Assembly (NCBI RefSeq): GCF_013365455.1
Contig: NZ_CP046578.1
Span: 840,001 to 872,000 of the forward strand
DNA from: Wolbachia endosymbiont of Dirofilaria (Dirofilaria) immitis
GTDB lineage: Bacteria; Pseudomonadota; Alphaproteobacteria; Rickettsiales; Anaplasmataceae
DNA: 32,000 nucleotides
Direction: 5' to 3'
The notes below the pieces were generated by a model that saw only the letters and a program-made list of their open reading frames with translations, had not been told where the DNA came from and made no database searches. Position numbers and translations under genes: made by a program. Shown piece by piece: positions 1 through 10,587 of this stretch (positions are counted from its first letter, which is position 1; the number at the start of each line of letters is the position of its first letter).

Positions 1-1256
1 TAGTTAAGATTAGCTCTACTGACCAGAAGGTAATTCTACGAGCAAGTGGGTCAAGCATATTTTTTGACGGTTTCTACAAAGTTTATAAAGATAACGTAGA
101 TAGTGAAGGTGAAGTCCTTCTACCTACCATGAAAGAAGGTGAGGTATGCAAGCTAATTTCTATCAATTCAAAACAACACTTTACCCAGCCGCCATTACGT
201 TATAGCGAGGCAAGTATCATTAAAAAAATGGAGGAAATCGGCATAGGACGCCCATCAACCTATGCAATAATTATTTCAGTATTGCAGAATCGTGAGTATG
301 TTACACTAGACAATAAAAGATTCATTCCAAGCAGCCGTGGTAAGATCGTTACCATATTTTTAGAAACCTTCTTCCAACATTGTATAGAATATGATTTTAC
401 AGCACAAATGGAAGAGAAGCTTGATTTAATCTCGAATGGACGTACAGATTGGAAAAAAGAACTAAGCTACTTCTGGGTACCGTTTTTTAATCTTGTAAAC
501 TCTGTCAAGCAAATGACACATGAAGAAATTTTCAATGGCATCCACGACCTAGTAGTTGATTGGTTTTGTTCGGAGAAAGGAAAAAAAGAAATAGGTAGGA
601 AATGTTCTGGTTGCTCTAATGGTACATTGAAACTGAATTTTGGAAAAGCTGGGGTATTCCTTGGATGTTCTAACTATCCTATATGCAATTATACAAAAGA
701 AATTACTAGCAACAATTACAATTTAGAATACCCAAAAAGTTTAGGCATAGATAATATAACAGGGCAAGAAGTAGTGATTAAAAAAGGTCCTTTCGGGCTT
801 TATTTAGAATTTAATAGTGAATCAGAAAAGAAAAAAACGGGATTCATACCAAAAGATATGAATATTAATGATATTGATCTGATTACTGCGACACAGTTAC
901 TTTCCTTGCCAAAAATAATTGGAGAACATCCAAAAACTGGAAAGGAAATAAAAATGGGTCTTGGACGATTCGGGTACTATATTTTTTATGATGGTAAATA
1001 CTTCTCTCTTAAGAAGAGCTCCAAAGAAGTATTGGAAACACAGTTAAATGAAGCTGTGCAAATCATTGCAAACGGCTCACGAAAAGAGCTAAAATCTCTT
1101 GGATTTAATGACAAAGGAAAAGAAGTTTTCATTCGCAATGGCAAGTATGGATTTTACATAAAGAGTGGTAAAATAAAAGTCGCTTTGGGCAAAAACGCAG
1201 ATATTGAAGGTATAGACCTGAAGAAGGCCCTAGACCTAATTAAGAACAAAAAGTAA
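1..1256 (+). CDS. topA: DNA topoisomerase I, C-terminal part (partial, runs off left edge)
   Basis: The frame of the listed ORF is open upstream to base 3 (VKISSTDQKVILRASGSSIFFDGFYKVYKDNVDSEGEVLLPTMKEGEVCKL...), so 129 is an internal Met. Protein has the topo IA segment EASIIKKMEEIGIGRPSTYAIIISVLQNREYV, a Cys4 motif (CSGCSNGTLKLNFGKAGVFLGCSNYPICNY) and repeated C-terminal KKGPFGLYLE/KMGLGRFGYYIFY/RNGKYGFYIK modules. Confidence 0.97.
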   Translation, partial: VKISSTDQKVILRASGSSIFFDGFYKVYKDNVDSEGEVLLPTMKEGEVCKLISINSKQHFTQPPLRYSEASIIKKMEEIGIGRPSTYAIIISVLQNREYVTLDNKRFIPSSRGKIVTIFLETFFQHCIEYDFTAQMEEKLDLISNGRTDWKKELSYFWVPFFNLVNSVKQMTHEEIFNGIHDLVVDWFCSEKGKKEIGRKCSGCSNGTLKLNFGKAGVFLGCSNYPICNYTKEITSNNYNLEYPKSLGIDNITGQEVVIKKGPFGLYLEFNSESEKKKTGFIPKDMNINDIDLITATQLLSLPKIIGEHPKTGKEIKMGLGRFGYYIFYDGKYFSLKKSSKEVLETQLNEAVQIIANGSRKELKSLGFNDKGKEVFIRNGKYGFYIKSGKIKVALGKNADIEGIDLKKALDLIKNKK

Positions 1257-1732
1257 ATATTTAAAGAATGTATGCGCTTATAGCTTTTTCATAAAAAACA
1301 CATTAAGATATCAAAATCTATAATTAGAAAAATAACCGTAAATTATTAACTGTACATAGAGATAAAATTACTTTAAATAGTATCAGAGGTTTTTATTTAC
1401 ATAAAATTTAAAAAAAGTATTCATAATAATAGAAATGGATTAATAGACTATGAACGTTAAGTAGGTAACATATTAAAAAAAGCGATTGAAAGAAACAATA
1501 ATTGTATTAAGAAAAGAAGAGTACTATTCCTTAATAGGAATACTAATATCAGAGCCTACTAAAAATAGTGTATGGCGATTAATTTAACTCAAAAGAATAT
1601 CTATGAATATCATGTAATGTCACAACAAACACAAGAAAAGATAAATAATGCAACATATCCTGTAATTAGAAAATCAACAAAAAAGTTTTATCTGGCTAGA
1701 GAAGTACCTAATAATACAAGATAAATTTAGGG

Positions 1733-1831
1733 ATGTTCAATAAACATGGTAGATTGCTAGATAATGGCATCAACATTAATAGCAAAGGTAGCCAGAGTTC
1801 TCACACAGTGAGTAAGGTGCTGTTTCCTTGA
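1733..1831 (+). pseudogene. Possible relic peptide-coding fragment (MFNKHGRLLDNGININSKGSQSSHTVSKVLFP), weakly reminiscent of an ankyrin repeat; part of the eroded 1257-2155 gap
   Basis: LLDNGININSKGSQ resembles the LLDxGAdINakd ankyrin pattern, but it is short and isolated. Confidence 0.12.
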
Positions 1832-2155
1832 TAAAAAAAAGAACATAGTAAAATTTCTTTTTAAAGTAGTAGCCGAAATTTACATATAACAGCAAAATCT
1901 CTTTCTTTTGCTAAGAAAATAGAAATAAATAACCAGTTATAATTTAAAAACTTGCCAGCTCACTTTTCTAAGGCTACTCTACAACAGTTTTTTTAGTACT
2001 CTTTTCACTGTTTACGTAAGACGACGCAGCGTGAACTTAGTATATTCTAATATATTTGAAATGTCGTAGATAAAAAACATCCTACTTTTTACTAGTACAC
2101 TTAACCCTAATTTAAAATTCATCAAAAGATGATACAGGAAATAAAAAATATCCCC

Positions 2156-3007
2156 CTAACACAAAAACTTTTTTCTAATTCCAAAGCTTTCACAATCAGA
2201 GCAAATTACCTGACTACGTGAAACTGACTTTAGCCCGTTTGTTGAAACTTGATTTAGGCAGAATATACATTTTATTTTGTCACTTGGGACAAGCGAGTTA
2301 TTAACAGCAATCCTATTATCAAAAACAAAACATTCACCTTTCCAATTACCATTTTTATTATAGGTCTTTTCAAGGTAAGAAAGAATACCACCTCTAAGAT
2401 GATAAATATCATTAAATCCAAGTCCCCTCATATATGCTGTAGATTTTTCACATCTAATTCCACCTGTACAATACATAGCTATTTTTAGATCTTTATCCTT
2501 AGGAAAAGACTTCACCCACTGAGGAAATTCACGAAAATATTGAATATTTGGATTGATTGCATCTTTAAACTTACCTAATTTCACTTCATATCTATTTCGG
2601 ACATCTATCACTAAAACATCAGGTTGAGAGATAAAATCATCCCAACATTCTGGATCAACATACTTACCTTTAAGTGAAATATCAAGATTACTTACACCAA
2701 GGTTTACAATTTCCCTTTTTAATCTCACTTTCATTTTACTAAATGGTTGAAATTCCGCTGCACTTTCTTTCCACACAAGATCTTTTAGCCTATGATCAGA
2801 ATGTAGAAAATCAAATATTCTATCAATTGCATTTCTTTCACCAGAGATAGTTGCATTGATACCCTCTTCTGCAAGGAGTATGGTACCCTTTAATTTAACA
2901 TCATTACATTCAGCTTTTATTATATCTTTCATATCGTAGTAATTAGAGAGCTCTACAAAGTGATAGAAAGTTGCAACAACGAAGCTCATAACTATTAAAT
3001 CCATCAA
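2156..3007 (-). CDS. trhO: tRNA uridine(34) hydroxylase / rhodanese-domain UPF0176 protein
   Basis: Rhodanese-type DVRNRYEVKLGKFKDAINPNIQYFREFP and active-site loop MYCTGGIRCEKSTAYMRGLGFNDIYHLRGGILSYLEK, followed by the C-terminal Cys motif CIFCLNQVS...CSDCESFGI. Confidence 0.93.
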   Translation of the reverse strand: MMDLIVMSFVVATFYHFVELSNYYDMKDIIKAECNDVKLKGTILLAEEGINATISGERNAIDRIFDFLHSDHRLKDLVWKESAAEFQPFSKMKVRLKREIVNLGVSNLDISLKGKYVDPECWDDFISQPDVLVIDVRNRYEVKLGKFKDAINPNIQYFREFPQWVKSFPKDKDLKIAMYCTGGIRCEKSTAYMRGLGFNDIYHLRGGILSYLEKTYNKNGNWKGECFVFDNRIAVNNSLVPSDKIKCIFCLNQVSTNGLKSVSRSQVICSDCESFGIRKKFLC

Positions 3008-3111
3008 CTTAAAGCATAATATATAAAATTATAAAAGTATTCAACAGATCTTCTCTGGATATCTTTAGCTTTTACATATAACATTTTAATATTAAGCGTG
3101 GATCGAATTTA

Positions 3112-4710
3112 ATGCCTTTAAGAATATTTAAAAACATATTCTTATTTCTAGTAAGCATATTATTCATTTGTCCTATATTATCATTAGTATCAATTCTACT
3201 TACAGAATCAGCAAATTCAGGATGGGTTATAAGTACACTTTTCCCCGAATATATACTAAATACATTAATTTTAATGATAGGGATTGGAAGTTTATCTTTT
3301 ATATTTGGAGTAGTACCGGCCTGGCTAACCATGTTTTTTTCATTTCCCGGGAGTAGAGTTTTTGAAGTTGCCCTGTTTTTTCCAACATCAATTCCTGGAT
3401 ATATAGTATCTTTTGTCTATGCCAATGTACTAGAGTTTTCAGGTCCAATACAAAGTTTGCTAAGGGAAATTTTTCACTGGAACAAAGGTGATTATTGGTT
3501 TCCTGAGATCAAATCTTTAGGTGGTGGAATACTGGTGATGGGATTTAGTTTGTATCCATATGTTTACATACTAGTCCGCTCAAGTCTAAAAAATGTTAGC
3601 AACTCAGTTACTATTGCATCAACACTTGGAGTTTCCTCATTACGGAGCCTATTTTCTGTTATAATACCCTCTATAAGCCCATCAATTATAGCTGGACTAT
3701 CCTTAGTGCTTATGGAAGTAATCACAGACTTTGGTACACCACAGCTTCTTGCAATTGATACTTTCAGCACAGGAATATATCGCACTTGGTTTTTACTACA
3801 TGATAAATACTCAGCAACTATTTTAGCAATTGCAGAATTAACCTTCATTATAGAACTAACAATAATTGAAAAAATCCTAAAAAAAAAGAGAGTATCCTAT
3901 TCTGCAATCAACACTAATGCAGATTATCACAATAAGCGAAACATAAGTGGTACCTTACCATTGATCTTTGCTTATATCATATGTATATTGCCAATATTAA
4001 TAGGCTTCATCTTTCCAATTATTCCACTCATGTATTGGAGTACAGAAAAAGGTTTTTTCATACACGAGTCAAGGTTCTATAACATAATAGCAAATAGCTT
4101 TAGTTTATCATTTATTACTGCACTAATCTCAATTAGCATCGCAATAATAATTGGATATACAGCACGTAAAAATAAAATAATTAATAGTATTGCACGTCTC
4201 ATTTCTTTAGGCTACGCAATTCCAAACACAATTATTGCAATTAGTATAATAATATTCCTGAGCAAAATATCTTCTCTTGCTACTCAATATATTGAAGAAA
4301 TCAGTTTAGTAGGAACCATTGGCGCTTTAATTTACTCATATTTATTCCGTTTTTTTGCTATATCTTTTAGAGCAATAGAATCAGGACTTAAAAAAATGCC
4401 AAACGAAATTGAGTGGACTGCACACGCTATGGGTCATGGACCTATCTCTACATGTTTGAGTATCCATATTCCTCTCATTAAAAAGAGCATAATATCAGGA
4501 TTTTTACTCGTATTCATGGACACTATTAAAGAGCTCACAGCAACACTTATTATAAGACCATTTAATTTTGAGACCATATCAACTAGAATATTTGAGCTCA
4601 TAAGTGATGAGCGTTACAAAGAAGCTGCCCCATTTTCCTTGATGATAGTTATAATCTGTTTAACCTCTACAATGATTTTATTCAAGCTTGACGATGAAAA
4701 CAAAAAATAA
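3112..4710 (+). CDS. fbpB: Fe(3+) ABC transporter permease, FbpB-like (duplicated binding-protein-dependent transport domain)
   Basis: 532 aa, highly hydrophobic, two permease halves with EAA-like segments (VTIASTLGVSSLRSLFSVIIPSISPSIIAG and IEWTAHAMGHGPISTCLSIHIPLIKKSIISG). Confidence 0.88.
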   Translation: MPLRIFKNIFLFLVSILFICPILSLVSILLTESANSGWVISTLFPEYILNTLILMIGIGSLSFIFGVVPAWLTMFFSFPGSRVFEVALFFPTSIPGYIVSFVYANVLEFSGPIQSLLREIFHWNKGDYWFPEIKSLGGGILVMGFSLYPYVYILVRSSLKNVSNSVTIASTLGVSSLRSLFSVIIPSISPSIIAGLSLVLMEVITDFGTPQLLAIDTFSTGIYRTWFLLHDKYSATILAIAELTFIIELTIIEKILKKKRVSYSAINTNADYHNKRNISGTLPLIFAYIICILPILIGFIFPIIPLMYWSTEKGFFIHESRFYNIIANSFSLSFITALISISIAIIIGYTARKNKIINSIARLISLGYAIPNTIIAISIIIFLSKISSLATQYIEEISLVGTIGALIYSYLFRFFAISFRAIESGLKKMPNEIEWTAHAMGHGPISTCLSIHIPLIKKSIISGFLLVFMDTIKELTATLIIRPFNFETISTRIFELISDERYKEAAPFSLMIVIICLTSTMILFKLDDENKK

Positions 4711-4733
4711 ACCCTCCTATAAAAATTGATGGC

Positions 4734-5144
4734 TTAATGTGGCCTAGCATTTGTATATGGGCTATCCAAAGAAAAAGGTGGTATCATAACCTCAAAAGTT
4801 TTCGCGCTTCCTTCATTTAGAAACTCATACTTACCTTGCATTATTCCAGATGGTGCATTCAAGTACGTTCCGCTTGTGTACTTAAATACTTCTCCAGGTC
4901 TTATCACAGGTTGCTCCCCAATAACACCAACACCTGCAACTTCATTTACCTTTCCTTTATAATCTATTATTCGCCAATGGCGGCTCAGTAATTGAACAGC
5001 TGATGAGCCTTTATTTTTTATCCTAACATTATACACCCAGACATAGCAATTCTCATAAGGGATAGATTGTTCCTCAATATAAACTGGCAGAACTGTCACT
5101 TCAACAGAGTTAGTAGTAAGTGTATATTCTAGAGTCATTATCAC
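4734..5144 (-). CDS. apaG: Co2+/Mg2+ efflux protein ApaG
   Basis: [73 protein letters not shown] is the characteristic ApaG core. Confidence 0.95.
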   Translation of the reverse strand: MIMTLEYTLTTNSVEVTVLPVYIEEQSIPYENCYVWVYNVRIKNKGSSAVQLLSRHWRIIDYKGKVNEVAGVGVIGEQPVIRPGEVFKYTSGTYLNAPSGIMQGKYEFLNEGSAKTFEVMIPPFSLDSPYTNARPH

Positions 5145-5253
5145 AATAAGGAAAACAACACTTTATATTTGTACATTATTCTCATGGACTTTTCAAGTAC
5201 ATTGTCATATTCTAATTCAGCTGCAATAATACGAACAGACACTTGGTAAAAGG

Positions 5254-6300
5254 ATGATAGGAATAATAGGCAGTGGACAGTTAGGCAAAATGATTGCTAT
5301 CGCTGCAACAAAGCTTGGACAAAAAACACATATCTTTGCCAACGCTAAGGATGATCCAGCTTGCTCTGTTGCTAATAATTTAACAATAGCAGGTTTGTCT
5401 GACAAAAAGGCACTTGAATCTTTTGCACGGAACATAGACTTAGCCACTATTGAATCTGAAAATATTCCATGTGATGCAGTTGATGTTATATCACAACATG
5501 TGAACTTCTATCCTAGTAAAAAAGCACTATATATTTCACAAAACAGACTTAGGGAGAAAGATTTTATTAGAGGTCTAGGTATAAAAACTGCTGGTTATAA
5601 AAGCATACAAAATTATGATGAGCTGTTAGAAAGTAGTAGAACTCTTAACTATCCAACAAGACTGAAAACAACAGAAATGGGTTACGACGGAAAAGGACAA
5701 TATGTGATCAGGAACGATTCTGAAGCAAGACAACTCGCTTCTTTTAATTGGAATACACAGTACATTCTCGAAGCAAGTATTGACTTAATGAAAGAGGTTT
5801 CAATAGTTGTTGCAAGAGATAGAAACGGTAAAGTAGCTTTTTTCCCTATAGCAGAAAACCATCATGTTAATGGAATACTTGACACTTCAGTTGTGCCAGC
5901 TAAAATAGACAACGAGTTAACTCAAGAGATACACCAAGTTACAAGGAAAGTAGCAGGTGCGCTTAACATAATAGGAATTCTAGCCATTGAATTTTTCATT
6001 ACTAAAAACAATGAGCTGCTAATTAACGAACTCGCTCCAAGGCCTCACAACTCTTGCCACTGGAGTTTAGATGCATGTAACATTAGTCAGTTTGAGCAGC
6101 TAATCAGAGTAATATGCGGATTACCTATGCAAGAAATAGTATTACGCTTTCCTTGCATGACAAAAAACATAATAGGTCATAATATATATGATTTTAATAG
6201 GTATTTAACTGACAAAAAAGCTAGCCTAACAATATATGGGAAAAAAGAGGTTAGAGATAAGCGCAAAATGGGACATGTTAATATAGATTTAAGTTATTAA
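5254..6300 (+). CDS. purK: 5-(carboxyamino)imidazole ribonucleotide synthase
   Basis: N-terminal MIGIIGSGQLGKMIAIAATKLGQK, ATP-grasp features (LKTTEMGYDGKGQYVI, ELAPRPHNSCHWSLDACNISQFEQLIRVICGLP). AAAGG-type RBS upstream. Confidence 0.95.
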   Translation: MIGIIGSGQLGKMIAIAATKLGQKTHIFANAKDDPACSVANNLTIAGLSDKKALESFARNIDLATIESENIPCDAVDVISQHVNFYPSKKALYISQNRLREKDFIRGLGIKTAGYKSIQNYDELLESSRTLNYPTRLKTTEMGYDGKGQYVIRNDSEARQLASFNWNTQYILEASIDLMKEVSIVVARDRNGKVAFFPIAENHHVNGILDTSVVPAKIDNELTQEIHQVTRKVAGALNIIGILAIEFFITKNNELLINELAPRPHNSCHWSLDACNISQFEQLIRVICGLPMQEIVLRFPCMTKNIIGHNIYDFNRYLTDKKASLTIYGKKEVRDKRKMGHVNIDLSY

Positions 6301-6315
6301 TCTACAAGTACCCCC

Positions 6316-7344
6316 TTACAAGTATCCCCTAGTTAAAATCTCTAGAATCTGCACTATATTTAGTGCTGCACCTTTACGCAAGTTATCAGCTACTATCCAC
6401 ATATTTAACCCATACTTGACTGTATTGTCTTGCCTAATACGTGATATATATACTGCATCTTCCTGTACAACGTCGATTTGAGTTATATATTTGCCATCTT
6501 CACGCCTATCATACACTAAAATTCCATTACCCTCAGCCTTACTCAGTATTTCACGAGCTTGCTCCTCAGTAATGTACCTACAAAACTCAACATTTACTGC
6601 TATAGCATGACCAATAAAAACAGGCACCCTAACACAAGTTGCAGTTACTTTTATATCCTCTCCTAAAATTTTTTTTGTCTCCTCCTGCATTTTCCACTCC
6701 TCTTTCGTAGAGCCATTTTTCATAAACTCTCCTATATGAGGAATACAATTAAATGCTATTTGCTTAGGGAATATCTCAGGTTTTTTAGTTTCATTCATGA
6801 AGACTTTCTTTGTCTGGTTGTAAAGTTCATCCATTGCTGCCTTGCCTGCACCAGAAGTTGATTGATAAGTTGAAGCAATAATCCTCTTTATTTTCGCTTT
6901 TTGGTGTAACAGATGCAGTACTAGTAGCATCTGTATTACAGTACAATTTGGATTGCATATTATGTTGTGATTCCTATATTCTATGATTTTTTCCTTATTA
7001 ACCTCTGGAATAATTAGTGGCACGCCCCCTTCCATTCTAAAATGTGAGCTATTGTCTATTACGATACACCCTGCCTTTGTTGCAACTGGTACGTACCTTT
7101 TAGAAACATAACATCCAGCGCAAAAAATAGCTATATTAACCCCAACAAAGTCATAGCCCTCAAGACACAAAACAATTAATTCTTTATCATAAAAACTTAC
7201 CTTTTTTCCTTCTGATTTTTTAGATGCAAACGCAACAACAAAATCTATCGAAATTTTTTTTTCGCCATGAAATTCAGCTAGTATCTTTAGTACTTCACGC
7301 CCTACTCTTCCGGTTGCTCCAATAACAGCAATCTTATGTCCCAT
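6316..7344 (-). CDS. asd: Aspartate-semialdehyde dehydrogenase
   Basis: IAVIGATGRVGREVLKIL, active-site IICNPNCTVIQMLLVLHLLH, SGAGKAAMDEL, ATCVRVPVFIGHAIAVNVEF, and C-terminal DNLRKGAALNIVQILEIL. Confidence 0.95.
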   Translation of the reverse strand: MGHKIAVIGATGRVGREVLKILAEFHGEKKISIDFVVAFASKKSEGKKVSFYDKELIVLCLEGYDFVGVNIAIFCAGCYVSKRYVPVATKAGCIVIDNSSHFRMEGGVPLIIPEVNKEKIIEYRNHNIICNPNCTVIQMLLVLHLLHQKAKIKRIIASTYQSTSGAGKAAMDELYNQTKKVFMNETKKPEIFPKQIAFNCIPHIGEFMKNGSTKEEWKMQEETKKILGEDIKVTATCVRVPVFIGHAIAVNVEFCRYITEEQAREILSKAEGNGILVYDRREDGKYITQIDVVQEDAVYISRIRQDNTVKYGLNMWIVADNLRKGAALNIVQILEILTRGYL

Positions 7345-7484
7345 GCAGATAAATTTCTAACTTTGAATGCATATTATATTCCCACTGATAAAATTTACAA
7401 TTATTTTAATATTTTTACCTTGAAATTAATTGTAATTCAGTTATTATTACATAATATTGACAATATTGCATAACAAAGCAAGAG

Positions 7485-7910
7485 ATGAATAAAGAAAATA
7501 ATGAAATTGTAAAGCCCACATCATCTACCCCTCAAGAAACTGAGAAAATCAATGAACCAAGAGTTCAAAATGTTCTTTCACAAAAAAAATATAAGATAAA
7601 TTTTGATGATAGAAAGTATGCTGTAAAAATTATTAAAACACAATTTACAAAAATAGAACAGCAGCCTTTAAAACCAAAAGGCTTTTTAAAATCAATACCA
7701 GTAATAGGAAAGCTCTTAGCAAAAATTTTCACATCTGAAGGGGAGACATACAAACTAAGATTGCAAACAGACCACTTCAGTAAAGCAAAAAACGAGACTT
7801 GCATAAACAATAAATACACAGAAGGAGTAGGTAGTAAGCTTAAGAAAAGCAATGTTGAACAAGTAGATAAAGAAGAGAAAAACATAAATATCGACCATTT
7901 AAAGTTTTAG
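7485..7910 (+). CDS. Hypothetical protein, Lys-rich, no recognised domain
   Basis: 141-aa ORF with ATG start; overlapping antisense 106-aa ORF looks non-coding. No identifiable family. Confidence 0.6.
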   Translation: MNKENNEIVKPTSSTPQETEKINEPRVQNVLSQKKYKINFDDRKYAVKIIKTQFTKIEQQPLKPKGFLKSIPVIGKLLAKIFTSEGETYKLRLQTDHFSKAKNETCINNKYTEGVGSKLKKSNVEQVDKEEKNINIDHLKF

Positions 7911-7918
7911 CTATCGAA

Positions 7919-9193
7919 TTATGAAGAAACTTTACGATACCAAAACAAGTAAAGAGGTGTACCGCTTACAGTAAATAAGCTTGAGATTAGCAAGGTATTA
8001 ATAGGAGTTTCACATATTATCCAGCAGCAAAAGGTTGTTGCTATAACACCAACTAAAAGCTTGCAATAATTCCTTTCTTCTATAATAACCTTTAAAAAAG
8101 CAAGGCTGCACGTAAGGTAAATAAGTAAAAAGGAAATTACAGAAAAATCAATAATTGATGTAATTTGCTTAGCAAAATTATTACTTGAAGTGAGAATTAA
8201 CAAAATTGCAGTTCCAATTGAGCTTGTTACTATTCCCAAAAAAGGAGAACCATGCTTATTTCTTTTCGCAAAGAATTGTGGCATAAGTTTATCTTCCGCA
8301 AGACCAAAAGCAACTTGTCCACTAGATAAAACCCATGAGTTTAAACTGCCAACACAGAAGATAAATGCAATTATAGAAATAATCAAATGCCAACTACCAG
8401 AAAACATAACCCTTATCGCATCAACATATGGTGCTTTTGAATTCGCCAAATCGTTGCCATTAATTAGTCCCATAATTGTAAAACTATTAATAAAATATAT
8501 AATAGCAACACAGATTGTACCAAGTACTACAGCTTTTGGTATAGTTTTAGCTGGATCATTTATTGACCCTGCAGGTGCTGTTGCCAATTCAACTCCAACA
8601 AAACACCATACAGTCAGGAGTGTAGAACGTGCAAGAATTTGTGATATTGTAAGATTTGAGATTTTTTCACTTATAATAAAGTTGTTTCTATCAAAAAAAC
8701 ACAATGCCACCATAGGTATTGCAAGTAACACAGAAACTTTTATAACTGTGAGTAGGAGCTCAACACGTCCAGCAGCAGCTATTTCTCTTAAATTTATTAA
8801 CGTAATAACTGTAAGCAATAGTAACCCTAAAAGTAACCGCACACTTTGAACGTCTTCATAAAAAAATGGCGTAAGATAACCAACACCTACAATTACTAGA
8901 GCTGTTGTACTAACCCAGGAAATTACCCAATAAGTCCAACCAACAAAAAAGGCCACTGTAGAACCAAAAGCATATTTTGTATAAATATGAGGGCCTCCGG
9001 TTTCTGGAAACTTTGCACATAGTGTAGCGAACACTAAAGAAAGAGACACAGCACCAGTCCCTGATATTATCCAACTTATTAGGCTATAAATACCATATGG
9101 TGCAATGCTAACTGGAAGCATAAAAATCCCAGAGCCAATCTGGCTACTGATAACTAAAGCAAAAACTGTTAAGAAACCTATTTTATTTGACAC
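7919..9193 (-). CDS. APC superfamily amino acid permease / antiporter (copy 1), GTG start
   Basis: KIGFLTVFALVISSQIGSGIFMLP opening TM with the GSGIF motif, CAKFPETGGPHIYTKYAFG, and about 12 hydrophobic segments; start codon GTG by alignment with the paralog. Confidence 0.93.
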   Translation of the reverse strand: MSNKIGFLTVFALVISSQIGSGIFMLPVSIAPYGIYSLISWIISGTGAVSLSLVFATLCAKFPETGGPHIYTKYAFGSTVAFFVGWTYWVISWVSTTALVIVGVGYLTPFFYEDVQSVRLLLGLLLLTVITLINLREIAAAGRVELLLTVIKVSVLLAIPMVALCFFDRNNFIISEKISNLTISQILARSTLLTVWCFVGVELATAPAGSINDPAKTIPKAVVLGTICVAIIYFINSFTIMGLINGNDLANSKAPYVDAIRVMFSGSWHLIISIIAFIFCVGSLNSWVLSSGQVAFGLAEDKLMPQFFAKRNKHGSPFLGIVTSSIGTAILLILTSSNNFAKQITSIIDFSVISFLLIYLTCSLAFLKVIIEERNYCKLLVGVIATTFCCWIICETPINTLLISSLFTVSGTPLYLFWYRKVSS

Positions 9194-9291
9194 AATACCC
9201 CTGATCTATTAACATAGGCTAGCAGTATAACTTAACCACAAGAACCTTAACAAAGAAAAAATTATGTTTTTAAGTTAAGCTTTTAGAAAGG

Positions 9292-10587
9292 TCACCTTAT
9301 AGATTTGCGGTACCAAAGCAGATAAATAGGTGTTACGCTCAGGGGAAAGAGACTTGACATCAATAATGTCCTGATAGGAATCTCATATATTATCCAGCAA
9401 CAAAAAAGTATAGCCACGCCTCCAATCAGTAACTTGCAATATATCTTTTCTTGCATAGCAATCTTAAGAAAGGCAAAACTAGATACTAAGTAGATAAATA
9501 AGAATGAAACCACAGAGACATCAATTATTAAAGTTACTTGCTCAACAAAATTTTTGTTTGACGTTAGAACAAGCAAAACTATTACTCCTAAAGTACTTAG
9601 CATTATTCCATAAAAAGGAGCATCGTACTTATTTCTTCTAGTAAAAAGCCTTGGCATTAACTTGTCCTCTGCAAGACCTAAAGCAATTTGTCCATCAGCC
9701 AAGAACCAAGTATTTAAGTTACTTACAGAAACAATAAAAGCAACAACAGAAACGATTACATGCCAATTACCTTGAAACATAATTTTCACTGCATCAGCAT
9801 ATGGTGCCCTTGAATCAGCTAGGTCATTACCGCTTATTAATCCCATAATTGCAAAATTGTTAATAAAATATATAACAGCAACACAGATTGTACCAAGTAC
9901 TATGGCTCTTGGTATTGTCTTACCTGGATTATTAACAGATCCTGCAGATGCTGTTACTGATTCAAGTCCAACGAAACACCATAGAGCAAGAAGTGTAGAG
10001 TGAGCAAGAATCTGCGATGTTGTAAAGCTTGACAGTTCCTCACTTATAATAAAGTTATTTCTATCAAAAAAAAACAAAGCCGCCATAGGTATTGTAAGTA
10101 GTGCAATTATTTTAATAATAGTTAATAGAAGTTCAACACGTCCAGCAGTAGTCACCCCTCTTAAATTTATTAGCATAATAGCTAAAATCAATACCACTTC
10201 TAAAAGCAAACGTATATTTTGCATATCACTATAAAAAAGAGGAGCTAGATAACCAATACTTGCAATTGTTACAGCTGTTGAACTAACCCACGAGCTTATC
10301 CAATAAGTCCAACCAATAAAGAAAGCCACTGTAGAGCCAAAGGCATATTTTACGTAAACGTGAGGACCTCCAGTTTTTGGAAACTTTGCACAGAGAAAAG
10401 CAAAAACTAAAGCAAAAAATATAGCACCAAGCCCCGATATCATCCAGCTCATAGGACTATATATGCCATATGGAGCAAGACTAATTGGAAGCATGAAAAT
10501 TCCAGAGCCAATTTGACTACTAATAACTAAGGCAAAAACAGTCAAAAACCCTATTTTATCTGACACAACGTTTTCTGGTTTTAGCAA
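9292..10587 (-). CDS. APC superfamily amino acid permease / antiporter (copy 2)
   Basis: Colinear with the 7919-9193 protein over its full length (KIGFLTVFALVISSQIGSGIFMLPISLAPYGIYS..., FCGW/FVGLE, LAEDKLMPR, FWYRK vs LWYRK). Confidence 0.93.
   Translation of the reverse strand: MLKPENVVSDKIGFLTVFALVISSQIGSGIFMLPISLAPYGIYSPMSWMISGLGAIFFALVFAFLCAKFPKTGGPHVYVKYAFGSTVAFFIGWTYWISSWVSSTAVTIASIGYLAPLFYSDMQNIRLLLEVVLILAIMLINLRGVTTAGRVELLLTIIKIIALLTIPMAALFFFDRNNFIISEELSSFTTSQILAHSTLLALWCFVGLESVTASAGSVNNPGKTIPRAIVLGTICVAVIYFINNFAIMGLISGNDLADSRAPYADAVKIMFQGNWHVIVSVVAFIVSVSNLNTWFLADGQIALGLAEDKLMPRLFTRRNKYDAPFYGIMLSTLGVIVLLVLTSNKNFVEQVTLIIDVSVVSFLFIYLVSSFAFLKIAMQEKIYCKLLIGGVAILFCCWIIYEIPIRTLLMSSLFPLSVTPIYLLWYRKSIR

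Noticed and set aside
3564-3848. 94-aa minus-strand ORF inside fbpB-like gene
   Set aside because: Antisense shadow of a well-supported permease; no independent signal.
8190-8849. 219-aa plus-strand ORF
   Set aside because: Fully antisense to the first APC permease; composition looks like a shadow ORF of a membrane-protein gene.
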